A stretch of DNA of 63,577 nt, the filler included, from Dicyema japonicum (Eukaryota > Animalia > Dicyemida): assembly GCA_011109175.1 (NCBI GenBank). It is 8 parts of 8 records of this genome, joined end to end, with 100 filler letters (N's around TTAATTAATTAA, not from the genome) between each part and the next. Parts side by side here need not be neighbours in the genome. Positions count along the whole stretch, not along the records: positions 61,227 to 63,577 come from RDEW01000182.1; 7 more parts are not named here. One strand, 5' to 3'. Under the pieces are notes generated by a model. It worked only from the letters and a program-made list of their open reading frames with translations, did not search any database and was not told the origin of the DNA. Within the stretch, counting starts at the first letter, position 1. Each line of letters starts with the position of its first letter. Both the position numbers and the translations under genes were made by a program. This document shows positions 63,280-63,577 of the stretch, in pieces.

Positions 63280-63577
63280 AAGAGCTTCGTCGTGTGGCTC
63301 AATTTCGTGTTACGTGAAGTTTTCTGTTCCTTCTCTTCCCCTTCATAATAGAGTGGCGTCATGTGCATCACCTGTCTCAGGTGGGGCCCAGTACCTGGCT
63401 GGCACGAAAAGGGATCATTTGCTCTCCCCCAATCGACTAGATTTGTTTATACCACTCCAAGGAATAGTAGTCTTTTACCTTTTATGCTGTTTCCGGGTGG
63501 ACTTGTGTGACGTTGAAGGACTCTGCTTTTATAACAGTGGAAACTGGATACACTTAACTAGTTGCTTACTGTTAACT
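63280..63577 (+). repeat. Repeat family A copy, running off the window
   Basis: GAGTGGCGTCATGTG...CACCTGTCTCAGGTG...GGCACGAAAAGGGATCATTTGCTCTCCCCC. Confidence 0.8.

Overview
Eukaryotic, AT-rich, animal-type genomic DNA from a draft assembly. It has N gaps padded with a TTAATTAATTAA six-frame-stop linker, single-n joins, and frequent 1-bp indels, mostly at short homopolymers, even inside conserved genes. Host genes sit in tight islands and have ultra-short GT-AG introns (23-31 nt in every case I could fix by homology): TAF1B-like, BRE1/RNF20-40, an L-type Cav1 alpha-1 subunit, DMAC2/ATP5SL-like, CCDC77, a CIB EF-hand protein and a sphingosine-kinase-like gene. Tiny introns plus CRE-clade retroelements suggest a reduced animal parasite such as a myxozoan, or a dicyemid; this is inference only. 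The rest is a dense transposon patchwork: an autonomous and a non-autonomous Helitron, a near-intact R4-like REL LINE with a ~28-bp flanking duplication, at least 8 CRE-like fragments, RTE, RTEX/Proto2-like and Ingi/Jockey-like LINE pieces, pogo/Tigger and hAT relics, tRNA-derived SINEs, a 5S rRNA-like copy and satellites. Best leads for something new: a dispersed ~300-bp repeat family with an HDV-ribozyme-like nested pseudoknot but a non-canonical core; stop-free 24-nt introns, one inside the Cav1 domain IV pore loop; a Helitron apparently splitting a micro-intron gene; and a structured GC island between CCDC77 and CIB. Gene boundaries were read by eye and are approximate unless stated.
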